Part shown: positions 49,325 to 59,709 of the stretch, piece by piece
Layout: every line of letters starts with the position of its first letter
Numbering within the stretch: the first letter of the stretch is position 1
From: Planctomycetota bacterium
Lineage (GTDB): Bacteria; Planctomycetota; UBA8108; SXIK01
NCBI GenBank assembly: GCA_965223845.1
Contig: CBDCXR010000004.1
Location: forward strand, 3,040,001-3,104,000
DNA: 64,000 nt
Reading direction: 5' to 3'
The notes under the pieces: generated by a model
The model's input: the letters and a program-made list of their open reading frames with translations, nothing else
Told to the model about the DNA's origin: nothing
Database searches by the model: none
Made by a program: the position numbers and the translations under genes

Positions 49325-50809
49325 TCAGTCCGCGCTCCACTCCACTTCCCGCTCGAGCGGAAAGAGCGGCACGCGTCGATTCCGGTACTCGAGGCGGTTT
49401 AGATTCGCTGACGTCACGCCCGGCGTATCGACTCGAATGAGCTCCGTGCAGATCGGAGCGTACGCTGCGACGGGGGCGTGAACGCCCTTCGCGACAATGG
49501 CGCGATACCTCGACGGATCGACTCCGCACGATGTCCACTGGGCGAGGCTGAAAGGCACCATACGCCGAGAAGTAACGAGAAGCGTGAGCTTTCGCCCGTC
49601 TGTGAGCACGGCGCTCGGACCTTGATCGAACCGAGTGAATCCCCCGTGCCGCGGTTCGTTCTCCGTGAAGATCCCGTCGGCGAGCCGCACCACGGTCCAC
49701 TCCCCGGCGAGCGGCGGGCCAGAGGGCGGACCCGATGTTCCGCCGACCTCGAAACGGGCGCAGCCACCCACGCCGATCGTGCGAGCGCGCTGCACCGACG
49801 CGGGATCGAAAAGGCACGCGAGGGACGGTCCGACGCCGCTCTCGTCGAGAGCTCGTGCGAGGATCGTTCCGTCCCCCGGAGACCCGCCGCCGACGTTGTC
49901 TCCCATGTCGAGGAGGCACGCTGGACCGGTGGCGGTTTCGGCCCGTTTCACCGCCGATTCGACGTCGACGAGCTCACCGACGAAGCGGCTTCGATCGTCC
50001 CAGAGGCCGCGAGCGAGGCCCGCCGCGAGGCGATCCGCGAGGGCGGAGTCTCCGTCCGTCACGACGACGACCGCACTTCCCATTTCGAGAACGTCGGCGT
50101 ACGGGAAGCCGAGCAGAATGCTCGATCCGAGAACTCTAGCTCGATCGAGCAAGCGCTCCGCGCCAGCGAAATGTTCCCGGCAAGGAGATTCGCTCGTCGA
50201 CTGACGCTCGATGTTGATCGCTAGCGGGGGAAATCTTGCGGCTTGCGTCAGCTCGATCTCACCGCGTACTCGGCGCACGATGAGATCCGCCGCGTCGAGT
50301 CCCCGCTCGCGTTGATCGAGGTGCGGGTTCGTTCGATAGGCGAGGAGTGCATCGGTGGCTTCGACCATACGCGGAGAGAGATTCGCGTGGAGATCGAGTG
50401 TCGCAACGACTGGGATCTCCTCGCCAACGGCTCGACGAATTCGCCCGAGCCAATCACCGTCGACGTCGCCGATCGACGATGCGACGTTCGCACCGTGGCA
50501 AGCGACCAGAACTCCGTCGAGCTCCCCCGCGCGAGCGAGCTCGCGTTCGAGCATCGCGACGAGTTCGGCGTACGTTGAGTCCGCGATCGGGCCGTACGGG
50601 AGCGCCCGTGCGACCAAGAGCGGGATCGCCTGCGCGCCCTGTCGATCGAGGCCGGCGAAGAAGCCGCCGATTTCGTGGTGAGCCGACTCGAGCGCGTCTC
50701 GAATCGCGTTCCCGGTGACGAGGAGGTCCTCGCGGAAGCGATCGAGTGTCGTTTCCTTGCCGAGGAACGTGTTCGACTCTTCCAGTAGACCGGCGATTCC
50801 AATGCGCAT
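49325..50809 (-). CDS. M81 family metallopeptidase (MlrC-like)
   Basis: ESNTF, HGA, DLHAN, YRTNPH.D, DMGDN.GGG..GD, AKG. Confidence 0.88.
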   Translation of the reverse strand: MRIGIAGLLEESNTFLGKETTLDRFREDLLVTGNAIRDALESAHHEIGGFFAGLDRQGAQAIPLLVARALPYGPIADSTYAELVAMLERELARAGELDGVLVACHGANVASSIGDVDGDWLGRIRRAVGEEIPVVATLDLHANLSPRMVEATDALLAYRTNPHLDQRERGLDAADLIVRRVRGEIELTQAARFPPLAINIERQSTSESPCREHFAGAERLLDRARVLGSSILLGFPYADVLEMGSAVVVVTDGDSALADRLAAGLARGLWDDRSRFVGELVDVESAVKRAETATGPACLLDMGDNVGGGSPGDGTILARALDESGVGPSLACLFDPASVQRARTIGVGGCARFEVGGTSGPPSGPPLAGEWTVVRLADGIFTENEPRHGGFTRFDQGPSAVLTDGRKLTLLVTSRRMVPFSLAQWTSCGVDPSRYRAIVAKGVHAPVAAYAPICTELIRVDTPGVTSANLNRLEYRNRRVPLFPLEREVEWSAD

Positions 50810-50928
50810 CACGACCCTCCTCAACGCGGCGCGAGCGCAGACATTCTACGGCGCCTGGCTGCCATATGCCGCGCCGTGGTACCGTACGGATCGGATGAAA
50901 CTTCTTTCGAGCCCGAGGGCACCCGGCG

Positions 50929-51579
50929 ATGAACATCTCTCTCGATCAAATCCGCGAGAAGCTCACGAGCGCCCTCGTCTCCGACGCACTCGACGCACTC
51001 GGACTCTGCGAGCAGTCACCACGCCTCCCGTTTCGGCCGCTCACCGTCGACAGCGTGCTCGTCGGGCGAGCGAAGACGACTCTCTGGGTCGACTACGACC
51101 ACGAGGTCGATCACCCCTACGAGCTCGAGCTGCGTGCGGTCGACGACTGTGAGCCGGATTCCGTCTTTGTCGCAGCCGCGGGCAGCTCGCTCCGCTCCGC
51201 GGTCTGGGGCGAGCTCCTCTCGACCGCAGCTCGCAATCGCGGGTGCGTCGGGGCCGTAGTGGACGGTGCAGCGCGAGATCTCGTGCGGACCCAAGCGATG
51301 GACTTTCCCGTCTACGCGCTCACGACGAGCCCGTACGACAGCCGGTTTCGCCAGCGGGTGGTCGACATCGATGTCCCAGTGCAGATGGGCGGGACTCGCA
51401 TCGCCCCGGGTGATCTCGTCATCGCGGACCGCGACGGAGTGGTCGCAGTTCCGGCGGAAGCGGAGGCGGAGGCGATTCAGCGCGCGTGGGAGAAGGCGAA
51501 CACCGAGAACGAGATTCGCAGCGCGATCGGCGGCGGAATGCGGGCGAGCGAGGCGTACGAACGTTTCGGGACGCTCTGA
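50929..51579 (+). CDS. RraA / HMG-CHA aldolase family protein
   Basis: SDALD, WGELLS, DGAARD, GD...AD.DGVV.VP. Confidence 0.88.
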   Translation: MNISLDQIREKLTSALVSDALDALGLCEQSPRLPFRPLTVDSVLVGRAKTTLWVDYDHEVDHPYELELRAVDDCEPDSVFVAAAGSSLRSAVWGELLSTAARNRGCVGAVVDGAARDLVRTQAMDFPVYALTTSPYDSRFRQRVVDIDVPVQMGGTRIAPGDLVIADRDGVVAVPAEAEAEAIQRAWEKANTENEIRSAIGGGMRASEAYERFGTL

Positions 51580-51586
51580 CGCGACC

Positions 51587-53815
51587 TCACTCGCGCACGC
51601 CGAGCGCACCCGACCCTTCCGTCACCACCACCACCCGATCGAGCGGCACCGCCTCGAACTCCTGCACCGCGCCGCTCGTCGGCCAGTGCACTTCGAGTCG
51701 GACGATGCGATCACACTTCCCGAGTCCGATCGTCTGACGGAGCGGGTTCGCCCCGAAGCTGCCGCCGCTCGACACGCTTCGGTAGATGCTCCGCGTCGCG
51801 CCCGCGGTCTCGACATCGACCCGAATGCGCGCACCGATCGCGGACCGGTTCGACTTCGTCCCGACGCAGCGAACGGCGATCCAGTGGTGTCCGAAACCGG
51901 GATTCTCGAACAGGACGTCGCGAAATCGGTCGCCGATGTACGCGCCACCCATCTGCTCGAACACATCGACGTCGCCGTCGGAGTCGATATCGGCGAACGC
52001 GACGGCGTGTCCCTTTTGGAGGTGCCCGAATCCTCCCGCCATCGTCACGTCTTCGAACTTGCCGCCGCGCTGAACGAGCATCAGATTCGGCATCAGAGAA
52101 TCGTAGCTCGGATCACCGGTCCCAAGGTACATGTCGAGGTAGCCGTCGCCGTCCACGTCTCCGAAATTCGATCCCATCGGAAGCATCGGAAGCGTCAACC
52201 CGGTGCGATCGGCCACGTTCTCGAATCGACCCTTCCCGTCCCCGCGATAGAGGCATGCCCGCTCCCAGGTCGCCGGCATACCGAGTGCGTGCCGGGCGAC
52301 CGCCGCGCCCTTCCCCTCGTAGCTCGAGACGAAAAGATCGAGGTGTCCGTCGCTATCGTAATCCCAAAACCACACGGGAAAGCTCTTCAGCGGGCGAGTG
52401 ACACCGAGCGATGGCGCGACATCGGTAAACGTCCCGTCGCCGTTGTTCTGGTAGAGCCGATTTTCGGCGCCGTAGTTCGAGAGGTAGAGGTCGGGATCGC
52501 CGTCGCCGTCGAAGTCGCCCCACGTGACTCCCTTTGTGAAGCGATCGTTCGCGACGCCCGCTCGGCTGGTGACTTCGGCGAATGTGCCGTCGCCGCGGTT
52601 TTCGAATAACTGGCACGGCGCGCGAAGTCCCTGCGTAGTCTCGTTGCCGATATAGAGGTCGAGGTCCCCGTCTCCGTCGTAATCCGACCAGCCGGCCGTC
52701 TGCGTGGGAAAGTGGTGCTCACCGATTCCAGACGAGTAGGTCACGTCGGTGAAGCTGAACTCGCCGTTGTTTCGAAGGAGCGAGTTCGGGTGGCGTCCAA
52801 GCTTCCCGAGCCACGCGCCGCGAAGGACGAGAACGTCGAGATCCCCGTCTCCGTCGTAGTCAGCGGGCACGAGATTGAGGCCGCCGGTGATTCCGGAGAG
52901 GCCGGCACCCGCGGAGCGATCGGCGAAGCCGCCCTTCCCGTCGCCCGCGAAAATCCTGAGCTCGCCTCTCGGTTCCCACGTCGACGTCAGGAGATCGAGG
53001 CGACCATCGCCGTCGAAGTCGTCGATCACGACTCCGCCGGAGCAATTGAATCGGTCGATTCCCATCTTCGGTGCGATGTTCTCGAACCGGGGAAACTCCA
53101 CCCGACTTTGAAACGCCATCGGCGAAATCAAGTGCTCGCGCGGGACCTCGTTCGGATAAGCGTCGAGTGTCATGTACGCGATATTGAGGAGCCACCGCGA
53201 AGCGAGATGGAGGTCGTGCTCGGCGGGAAGGTTCCGCATCACCTCGGCGAAGTAACGGATCGCCTCCCGAGACCCCTCCGGTTTCGTGTGAATCCCCCCA
53301 CCACGGATCGGCACGATGCAGCTCTCCGGAGTAAAACGCGAGCAGCAGTTTTGCGTCTCGCCGATGCGCATGTATCCGACGCCGAGCTGAAAAATCGTCT
53401 CGTTCGCTCGTTCCGCGCCGATCTCGGCGGCGACTTCCGGGAGGAGCTCGTAGGCCTCCGTGAGTCGCTCGACGCCGCGCCGTTCGGCCCCCGCCCGGAG
53501 AAGCGCGACGCCGAGGAGTCGGCGAAGACGCCAACGAAGCTCGAGCGGCGAGCGGTCGTCCAAGGTCGCGAGCTGGCCTTCGAGCTGTCGAACGAGACCG
53601 TCACCCTGATAGCGGTTCTCGTTCTGTGCCGCCCGCGCGAGCACGTCGAGCTCCTGGACCATGCGCGCGTGCGCTGCGGGCTGCTCTCCGAGCGATCGCG
53701 GTACGGAGGCGCTCGGCGCGGGCGACGAAACCCCGGTGGGTGCAGACGAATCGGGTGGATCACACGCCCCGGCGAGAAGCGACACCGCGACGACGAGTAG
53801 ACCTCGATGACTCAC
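51587..53815 (-). CDS. CRTAC1-like (TPR + FG-GAP + ASPIC/UnbV) lipoprotein
   Basis: Lipobox LAGAC; ETQNCC; seven D.D.DG..D repeats; N.SAIGARI...SGGSFG...GLG...V.WP.SG. Confidence 0.88.
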   Translation of the reverse strand: MSHRGLLVVAVSLLAGACDPPDSSAPTGVSSPAPSASVPRSLGEQPAAHARMVQELDVLARAAQNENRYQGDGLVRQLEGQLATLDDRSPLELRWRLRRLLGVALLRAGAERRGVERLTEAYELLPEVAAEIGAERANETIFQLGVGYMRIGETQNCCSRFTPESCIVPIRGGGIHTKPEGSREAIRYFAEVMRNLPAEHDLHLASRWLLNIAYMTLDAYPNEVPREHLISPMAFQSRVEFPRFENIAPKMGIDRFNCSGGVVIDDFDGDGRLDLLTSTWEPRGELRIFAGDGKGGFADRSAGAGLSGITGGLNLVPADYDGDGDLDVLVLRGAWLGKLGRHPNSLLRNNGEFSFTDVTYSSGIGEHHFPTQTAGWSDYDGDGDLDLYIGNETTQGLRAPCQLFENRGDGTFAEVTSRAGVANDRFTKGVTWGDFDGDGDPDLYLSNYGAENRLYQNNGDGTFTDVAPSLGVTRPLKSFPVWFWDYDSDGHLDLFVSSYEGKGAAVARHALGMPATWERACLYRGDGKGRFENVADRTGLTLPMLPMGSNFGDVDGDGYLDMYLGTGDPSYDSLMPNLMLVQRGGKFEDVTMAGGFGHLQKGHAVAFADIDSDGDVDVFEQMGGAYIGDRFRDVLFENPGFGHHWIAVRCVGTKSNRSAIGARIRVDVETAGATRSIYRSVSSGGSFGANPLRQTIGLGKCDRIVRLEVHWPTSGAVQEFEAVPLDRVVVVTEGSGALGVRE

Positions 53816-53831
53816 CGCTCGAAAACCTTCC

Positions 53832-54935
53832 TCAATCCCAATCGATGATTACTTTCAGGCTGTCCGGATCCGAAGCCCGCTCGATCGCCGCGAGAATCTC
53901 CGTCGGCCGGAAGCGCTCGTTGTCGCGAGTCATGCGATCGATGTTCGGAAGTCGTCCTTCGACGAGAAACTCATGCGCGAGGCGAATCCCGTGGAGACTC
54001 GATCCGTGAGTCGCCTGGTAGCACTGCAGCCGGTAGTGCACGTCGCCGTTCAGATCCAGCTCGTGCGCGAGCCGGGGCTTTCCGTCCGGACCCTTCACCC
54101 CGGCGTGGGCATCGAGCACGGTCCCGTATCCCATGAGCTTTGGCGCGAGGTCGTACGCGGCCTTCGCCGGCGCGTTGATCATGACGAAGTGCGGCTCGTT
54201 GAACGGCCGACACTCGGCGAGTACGGCGTCCACGACGTCTTCGTCCCACGGTACGCCCACCACGCGTTCGTCGCCGAAATCGCGGAGCACTCGCTCGAGA
54301 CGCTCGCGCCCCCGATTGACGAGTACGATCTTCCGCGCGCCCATCGCCTGCGCGCACTGGAGCGCGTAGGTGCTCTGCGAGCCGGCGCCGATGAGAACGA
54401 CGATGCGGTTCTCGATGCAGTTATTGACGCGAGTCATTCCCTCGAGGCAGCAGGCGAGCGGCTCCAGCTGACAGGCGTGGTCGGGATTGAACCCCGGATC
54501 GAATCGGACGACCGGACCTAGACGCACAAACCATTCCGGCAAGACCGCATGGGTTCGCGCGAATCCAGGAAACTCGTGGCCAGTCGCCTGAGTGTTCGGG
54601 CAGCTCGTCCAGTCTCCGGTGCCGTTCTCGCCACAGTAGATGCACCCGAGATCACCGCAGGGAATGTCACAGCCGAGTCCGACGAGGTCGCCCGGTGCGA
54701 ATCCATCCACACCGTCCCCAACTGCATCGACGACGGAACAGACTTCGTGAAGGAGAAGCGCCGGCCACTCCTTGATTCGCGGAAGTCCATGGCGATAGAT
54801 CACAACATCGGACTGACAAACGGAAGTCCGCGCCGTGCGGAGCCGGATCTCACCGGGTCCGGGCTCGGGGACCTCGTCGTCGCGCGCGTTGAACGCGCCC
54901 CCGGGGCGGTCGAGTTCGTAGGAACGGTTCATCAT
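53832..54935 (-). CDS. Zn-dependent medium-chain alcohol/polyol dehydrogenase
   Basis: VCQSD, LHE, CGDLGCIYC...C, EPLACC, IGAG; start moved to ATG 54935. Confidence 0.85.
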   Translation of the reverse strand: MMNRSYELDRPGGAFNARDDEVPEPGPGEIRLRTARTSVCQSDVVIYRHGLPRIKEWPALLLHEVCSVVDAVGDGVDGFAPGDLVGLGCDIPCGDLGCIYCGENGTGDWTSCPNTQATGHEFPGFARTHAVLPEWFVRLGPVVRFDPGFNPDHACQLEPLACCLEGMTRVNNCIENRIVVLIGAGSQSTYALQCAQAMGARKIVLVNRGRERLERVLRDFGDERVVGVPWDEDVVDAVLAECRPFNEPHFVMINAPAKAAYDLAPKLMGYGTVLDAHAGVKGPDGKPRLAHELDLNGDVHYRLQCYQATHGSSLHGIRLAHEFLVEGRLPNIDRMTRDNERFRPTEILAAIERASDPDSLKVIIDWD

Positions 54936-55362
54936 GAGTCTGGTTCGGTTCGTTGGAGGCGCCGTAACAGGAGGCCTGTCCGTGCGACCGGCCTGGTCGC
55001 AAATCGAGTGATAGGATCGGAGAACGAAGCGGCTTACTCTAACCGCGGGTTCGCACCCGATTCTACCGCCGGATTCGCACGCAGCAGACTCGGAGCGCAC
55101 CCGCGGCGATCACCGGGACACACCGGCCGAGCGCGATCCCGCCGGCGTCCGCCTCGCGACTGGCGCCGAAGGAGCGGGCGAGTTTTTTCCGTAAATCCTT
55201 CGGAAATACGTGTCGCTCCCGGCGTCCGCGGGAACTTTGCGGATGAGGCCGACGGAACCAGCCGTCGGACGAGCTTGTCGGTTCGAGGATTCCGTTCGGC
55301 ACCGAGGCGACTGGCGCCCGGTGCGGCGGAAACGATCTTCAGGTGAGCGGACACAAGGTTTC

Positions 55363-58300
55363 ATGGTGCACGACCCCGAAGAGCTCTTGACGCACCGAGC
55401 GTGGCTTCAAGCGATCGCGCGCAGCCTTCTCGGCGACGCATCGCAAGCCGACGACGTCGTCCAGGAGACTTGGGTCGCGGCGCTCAAGCGACCGCCCCGA
55501 AACGAGGGTGACGGACGTGCTTGGCTTCGCCGCGTCGCGCACAACCTCGCTTACCGAACGCATCGCGGCGATCGTCGTCGCGGCAAGCGGGAGAGAGCGG
55601 CCGCACGACCCGAGCGCGTCGGGGCAACGCCGGAGTCGCTGCTCGAGCGTGCGGAGATGCAGCGGCTCGTCGCAGAAGCGGTCACCGAGTTGTCGGAGCC
55701 GTATCGCACAACCGTTCTCCACCGCTACTTCGAGGGGATCTCGGCGGCGGAGATCGCCGCCCGACAGGGAGTCGCGGTCACGACCGTGCGCACGCGACTC
55801 CGCTCCGCCCTCGAGACGCTCCGGCGCAAGCTCGACCACTCGTTCGACGGAGATCGCCGCCGCTGGTGCGCGATCCTCGCTCCGATCGCTCTCGGTGACG
55901 GCGCCGCCGTCGCCGCGACGACGGCGATCGCCACGAAGACCGCGGCGACGACCGGTACGGCCTCCTTTGGAACAAGTTCAGTCTTCCTCGGAGGTTCTCT
56001 CGTGACGGCAAAAAAGGTCGCGATCACGTGTCTCTCGTCGTTCCTGATCCTCGCGGGAGGCGCGTTGCTCGTCTACTGGACGAGCAATCCGGGAGGGGAA
56101 ACGCGAACCGAGCCCGTGGTCGACTCGAGCTCGTCTCCGGATTCCGCCGCGGACGCGCCGGAGAGAGCGGCTTCCGTCGAGTCGGACGCAGTCGCGAGTA
56201 CGCCTCCGTCGCGCGACGAACTCTCCGAAGTAGCGACCCTCTCTCCGCCGGCCCTCGGCGGGACGATCCGCGCGCGCGACGGTCAGCCGATTCCGGGCGC
56301 GACGGTGATCGCGTTTCGGCTTGGCGCACTCGATCCGCCGATCGATCGCGCCGCGGCGGAGCTCCAACAGCGGGATGCGGATCTCGCCGAGACTCTACGC
56401 AAGACTCGCAGAGAGTGCGGGGGTCTCGCGAAGACCTTCGCTCGAGCTCGCTCCGGTGAAACCGGCGACTACGCGATCCCACTGCTCGAGCCGGGCGAGT
56501 ACCGCATCGTCGTCGCCCACTCGAATCATCTACCCGAGCTCGACGCGCACGCTGCGATCGCCGCGGACCGGCCGGCGCGCTGCGATGTCGAGCTCCTCGA
56601 AGGCCTCGAGATTCGCGGCCGCGTCGTGGACGAGTCGAGCGCGCCGCTACCGGGCGCAGAGATCTCGGTTCGACCGTCGTCCGAGCGCACGCTCCGAGGG
56701 AACGCGCGGAAGGACCGTCTTCTCGAAGAGTGGCGCGACGGGCGATTCCTCGTCGAGTCGCGATCCTCCCTCGCCGGGGCCGACGGGACGTTTCGCGTCG
56801 GCTCGCTTGCTTCCGAGCGCTACGATCTCACGGTTCGTCTCGCTGGCCGCGCACCCGTGCGCCGGCTCGACATCCCGGCGGGGCGGGAGGCGTTGGAGAT
56901 CGTCCTTCCCCTCGGGGCGGTCGTGCGCGGTCGGGTGGTCCACGGCAACGAAATGCCAATTGCCGGTGTCGATGTCCGGCTCGAGTTCGTCGGCGACGAG
57001 AAAGCTCCGTCTCCCGTGATCGGCGCCGCGTCGTTCCGGCGCGTCGTAGCGGCCGACTTCGATCCGACCGAAGAGGCCGTCCGCGCATCGGCGACGGACG
57101 AGGAGGGTCGCTTTGAGTTCGCCGGTGTTCGGAGCGGGCCGTACGTCGTTCGCGCCGAGCTCTCGGGGTACGCGCCCCGCGAGAAGAAGCTAGACGTTGG
57201 CGATGATCCGGTCGACGCCGGCGACCTCATTCTCGGCGACGGAGGCTCCATTCGAGGTCGACTCGTCGACTCGGAGGGGATGCCGATCGCGGCGGCGCTC
57301 GTCTGGATCGAGGCGCCGCAAGAAACCGGCATCACTCACTGGGGACAAGCGGCGCGGATCGCTCCGCGACTCGTCGAAGCCGAGACCGAGTTCGATGGCA
57401 CCTTCAAGCTGGGAGGACTCGCAGAGGGATTCTACGCCGTTCGGGCGGCGAGCGAAGCGCACGCGAGCGTGCGCCTCAGCGGAGTCGCGGCCGGACGTAG
57501 CGACGTCGAGATCACGCTCCCCAAGGGAGAATCCGTCACCGGAGTCGTACTCAACGGAATCGACGACTCTCCGCTCGAGGGCGCGGAGATCGCCCTTGCG
57601 GAGAGCAGTGCCCACACGCCGATTCCGGAGAAAACCGTGCACTCGGCGGCGGACGGCCGCTTCGAATTGCGCGGCGTCGAGTTTCGCCGGGGGCTCGTCC
57701 TTCTCGTTTCGCACGTCGACTTTCGTGGACGCCCGCTACGCGTCTCGATGGAAGACGACACACGCGATGTCGAGGTGCGCCTCCAGCCGTCGATCCTCGT
57801 CGCAGGGATCGTTCTCGACGCCGAACGGAAACCGGTCCGCAGCGCGCGGGTCGCGCTCGAGGGTCAGTACAGAGACTCGGCGCCGGTTCGATCCGAAGCC
57901 GACGGCTCGTTCTCGCTCGAAATCTCTTCGATGTTTCGGGAGCAATCAGGGTTGCAGTACGTGGTCGCGTCCGACGGTCGACGAGGAATCGGACGCGTCG
58001 AACTTCCCCGCGATTCGGGGCGCCACGTCGACGTGGACGAGCTCGAGATCGTGCTCGAGCCGACGACGACCGTCGAAGGAGACGTTCGTAGCGCGGACGG
58101 AAACCCAGTCGCCGGCGCGATCGTCACGCTCCAGCGTCGGACGAACGCCGGTGACGCCCGCGGACCGCTGCGCCGTTCGCACTCGACGCGCGACGGCAGC
58201 TTTCGGATTCTCGGACTCGAGCCCGGCGTGTACGCCGCGCACGTCGTCGCGCTCGGATACGCCGAAACCACGGCGGACATCGATGTCCGATCGAGCCGCC

Positions 58301-59511
58301 ACACCGAGACGTTCGTTCTCGATCGCGGGATCGACCTCGAGGGTGAAGTCGTCGACACCGCGGGAGATCCCGTGGCGGGCGCAGACGTCTTCCTACTCGC
58401 GACCATCGAAGGTGACCGCCTCGACGAGGGCAGCATTCACGAGGGCCGGAAGGCGCAGGGGGAAACTCGATTCACGACGCGCACGGACGAGAACGGAATC
58501 TACGTGTTTCGTAACCTGCCTGAAACGGAGTGGACGGTCTACGCGCACTCATCCGGATTCGACGCTAGCGACCTCGCCGTCGTCCCGCCGGGCGAGGAAC
58601 CACCCGAGCTCGTCCTCGCGCGTTTCGGCCGTGTCTTCGGCCGCGTCGTGTCGGACGCAACCGGAGAGCCCCTGCCGTCGTTTCGAGTCCATCTCAATCT
58701 CGCCAAGAACCGGCGTGGTATCGGGGGAAGCGGCATGCTCTTGCCGAGGCAATACGCGACGCGCGACGGCAGCTTTCTCGTCGAAGGCGTTGCGCCCGGC
58801 GAGTATTTCATCGTCGTCGAAGCGCCCGGCCATTCGTACTGGGGGAGGGAGTTCACGGTCCCCCACGGAGGCGACGCGAAAATCGATGCTCGGCTCGATC
58901 CGGGACGAATCCTCCGCGGCGTGGTCCTCGACCGAAAGTCGAACGCTCCCGTGCCCGGAGTGCGTGTTTTCGCCTCGAATCGCGCAGGAAAAGCATGGTC
59001 TCGACGCGTCATGCCCGAGGAGCTAAACGACACGACGAACGAGGAAGGCGAGTTCGCGATTCGCTCGGTTCAGCCGGGAAGATACTCACTCTGGATCCAT
59101 CACCCGACGTACTTCGCCGAGCAAAAACGGATGAAGGCCGAGATTCCGGCGGACGGCGAAGCGTCGCCGCTCGAGATCGGAGTCCTTCCGAGTGGAACGG
59201 TCACGGGGACGATTCGCCTTCTCACGAAACGAAACAGCTTCAATCGATCCGTGAGACTCACGCGGCCCGGCGAAACGGACGCCGCGCACTGGAGCCGCAT
59301 CGACGAAAGCGGGAAGTACCGCATCCGGAGCGTAGTCCCCGGGACCTACGAAATTTCCTTCCGCGAGGAATCGCTCGTCCCGGAGAAGGTCGGCGCCCCG
59401 GCCGGGACCCCCATCGACTTCGAGACGGACATCATTCGGACGAGCGTGTCGCTCGGCGAAGTCGAGGTCGAAGCCGGCGCGACGGCGAGATTCGATCAGA
59501 CGGTGGAGTAG
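55363..59511 (+). CDS. ECF sigma-70 factor with TM segment and long carboxypeptidase-regulatory-like C-terminal extension
   Basis: Region 2 ADDVVQETW..WL..VA.N; region 4 L.EPYR....RYFEG.S..EIA...TVRTRL; TM; many Cna-B-like repeats; start moved to ATG 55363. Confidence 0.88.
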   Translation: MVHDPEELLTHRAWLQAIARSLLGDASQADDVVQETWVAALKRPPRNEGDGRAWLRRVAHNLAYRTHRGDRRRGKRERAAARPERVGATPESLLERAEMQRLVAEAVTELSEPYRTTVLHRYFEGISAAEIAARQGVAVTTVRTRLRSALETLRRKLDHSFDGDRRRWCAILAPIALGDGAAVAATTAIATKTAATTGTASFGTSSVFLGGSLVTAKKVAITCLSSFLILAGGALLVYWTSNPGGETRTEPVVDSSSSPDSAADAPERAASVESDAVASTPPSRDELSEVATLSPPALGGTIRARDGQPIPGATVIAFRLGALDPPIDRAAAELQQRDADLAETLRKTRRECGGLAKTFARARSGETGDYAIPLLEPGEYRIVVAHSNHLPELDAHAAIAADRPARCDVELLEGLEIRGRVVDESSAPLPGAEISVRPSSERTLRGNARKDRLLEEWRDGRFLVESRSSLAGADGTFRVGSLASERYDLTVRLAGRAPVRRLDIPAGREALEIVLPLGAVVRGRVVHGNEMPIAGVDVRLEFVGDEKAPSPVIGAASFRRVVAADFDPTEEAVRASATDEEGRFEFAGVRSGPYVVRAELSGYAPREKKLDVGDDPVDAGDLILGDGGSIRGRLVDSEGMPIAAALVWIEAPQETGITHWGQAARIAPRLVEAETEFDGTFKLGGLAEGFYAVRAASEAHASVRLSGVAAGRSDVEITLPKGESVTGVVLNGIDDSPLEGAEIALAESSAHTPIPEKTVHSAADGRFELRGVEFRRGLVLLVSHVDFRGRPLRVSMEDDTRDVEVRLQPSILVAGIVLDAERKPVRSARVALEGQYRDSAPVRSEADGSFSLEISSMFREQSGLQYVVASDGRRGIGRVELPRDSGRHVDVDELEIVLEPTTTVEGDVRSADGNPVAGAIVTLQRRTNAGDARGPLRRSHSTRDGSFRILGLEPGVYAAHVVALGYAETTADIDVRSSRHTETFVLDRGIDLEGEVVDTAGDPVAGADVFLLATIEGDRLDEGSIHEGRKAQGETRFTTRTDENGIYVFRNLPETEWTVYAHSSGFDASDLAVVPPGEEPPELVLARFGRVFGRVVSDATGEPLPSFRVHLNLAKNRRGIGGSGMLLPRQYATRDGSFLVEGVAPGEYFIVVEAPGHSYWGREFTVPHGGDAKIDARLDPGRILRGVVLDRKSNAPVPGVRVFASNRAGKAWSRRVMPEELNDTTNEEGEFAIRSVQPGRYSLWIHHPTYFAEQKRMKAEIPADGEASPLEIGVLPSGTVTGTIRLLTKRNSFNRSVRLTRPGETDAAHWSRIDESGKYRIRSVVPGTYEISFREESLVPEKVGAPAGTPIDFETDIIRTSVSLGEVEVEAGATARFDQTVE

Positions 59512-59709
59512 CTGTTCCCGAGCCCGAGACCGCCTAGCGGTTCGAATCGACCGCGGCTCGGAGCCCTCCGATCGATCGCCTCGATCTCGACCCTGAACGA
59601 GGGCAACGCGGGCTATCCTCCTTTTTTTGCGGCAGTGCCGCGACCATTCAGAGAGAATCAGCCGCCCACCGAACCTGGCTTCACCCGCACGCTCGTCCAC
59701 GCCACACCC

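Noticed and set aside
49325-50809. Microcystin degradation (mlrC) locus
   Set aside because: No mlrA, mlrB or mlrD nearby; the M81 family is widespread
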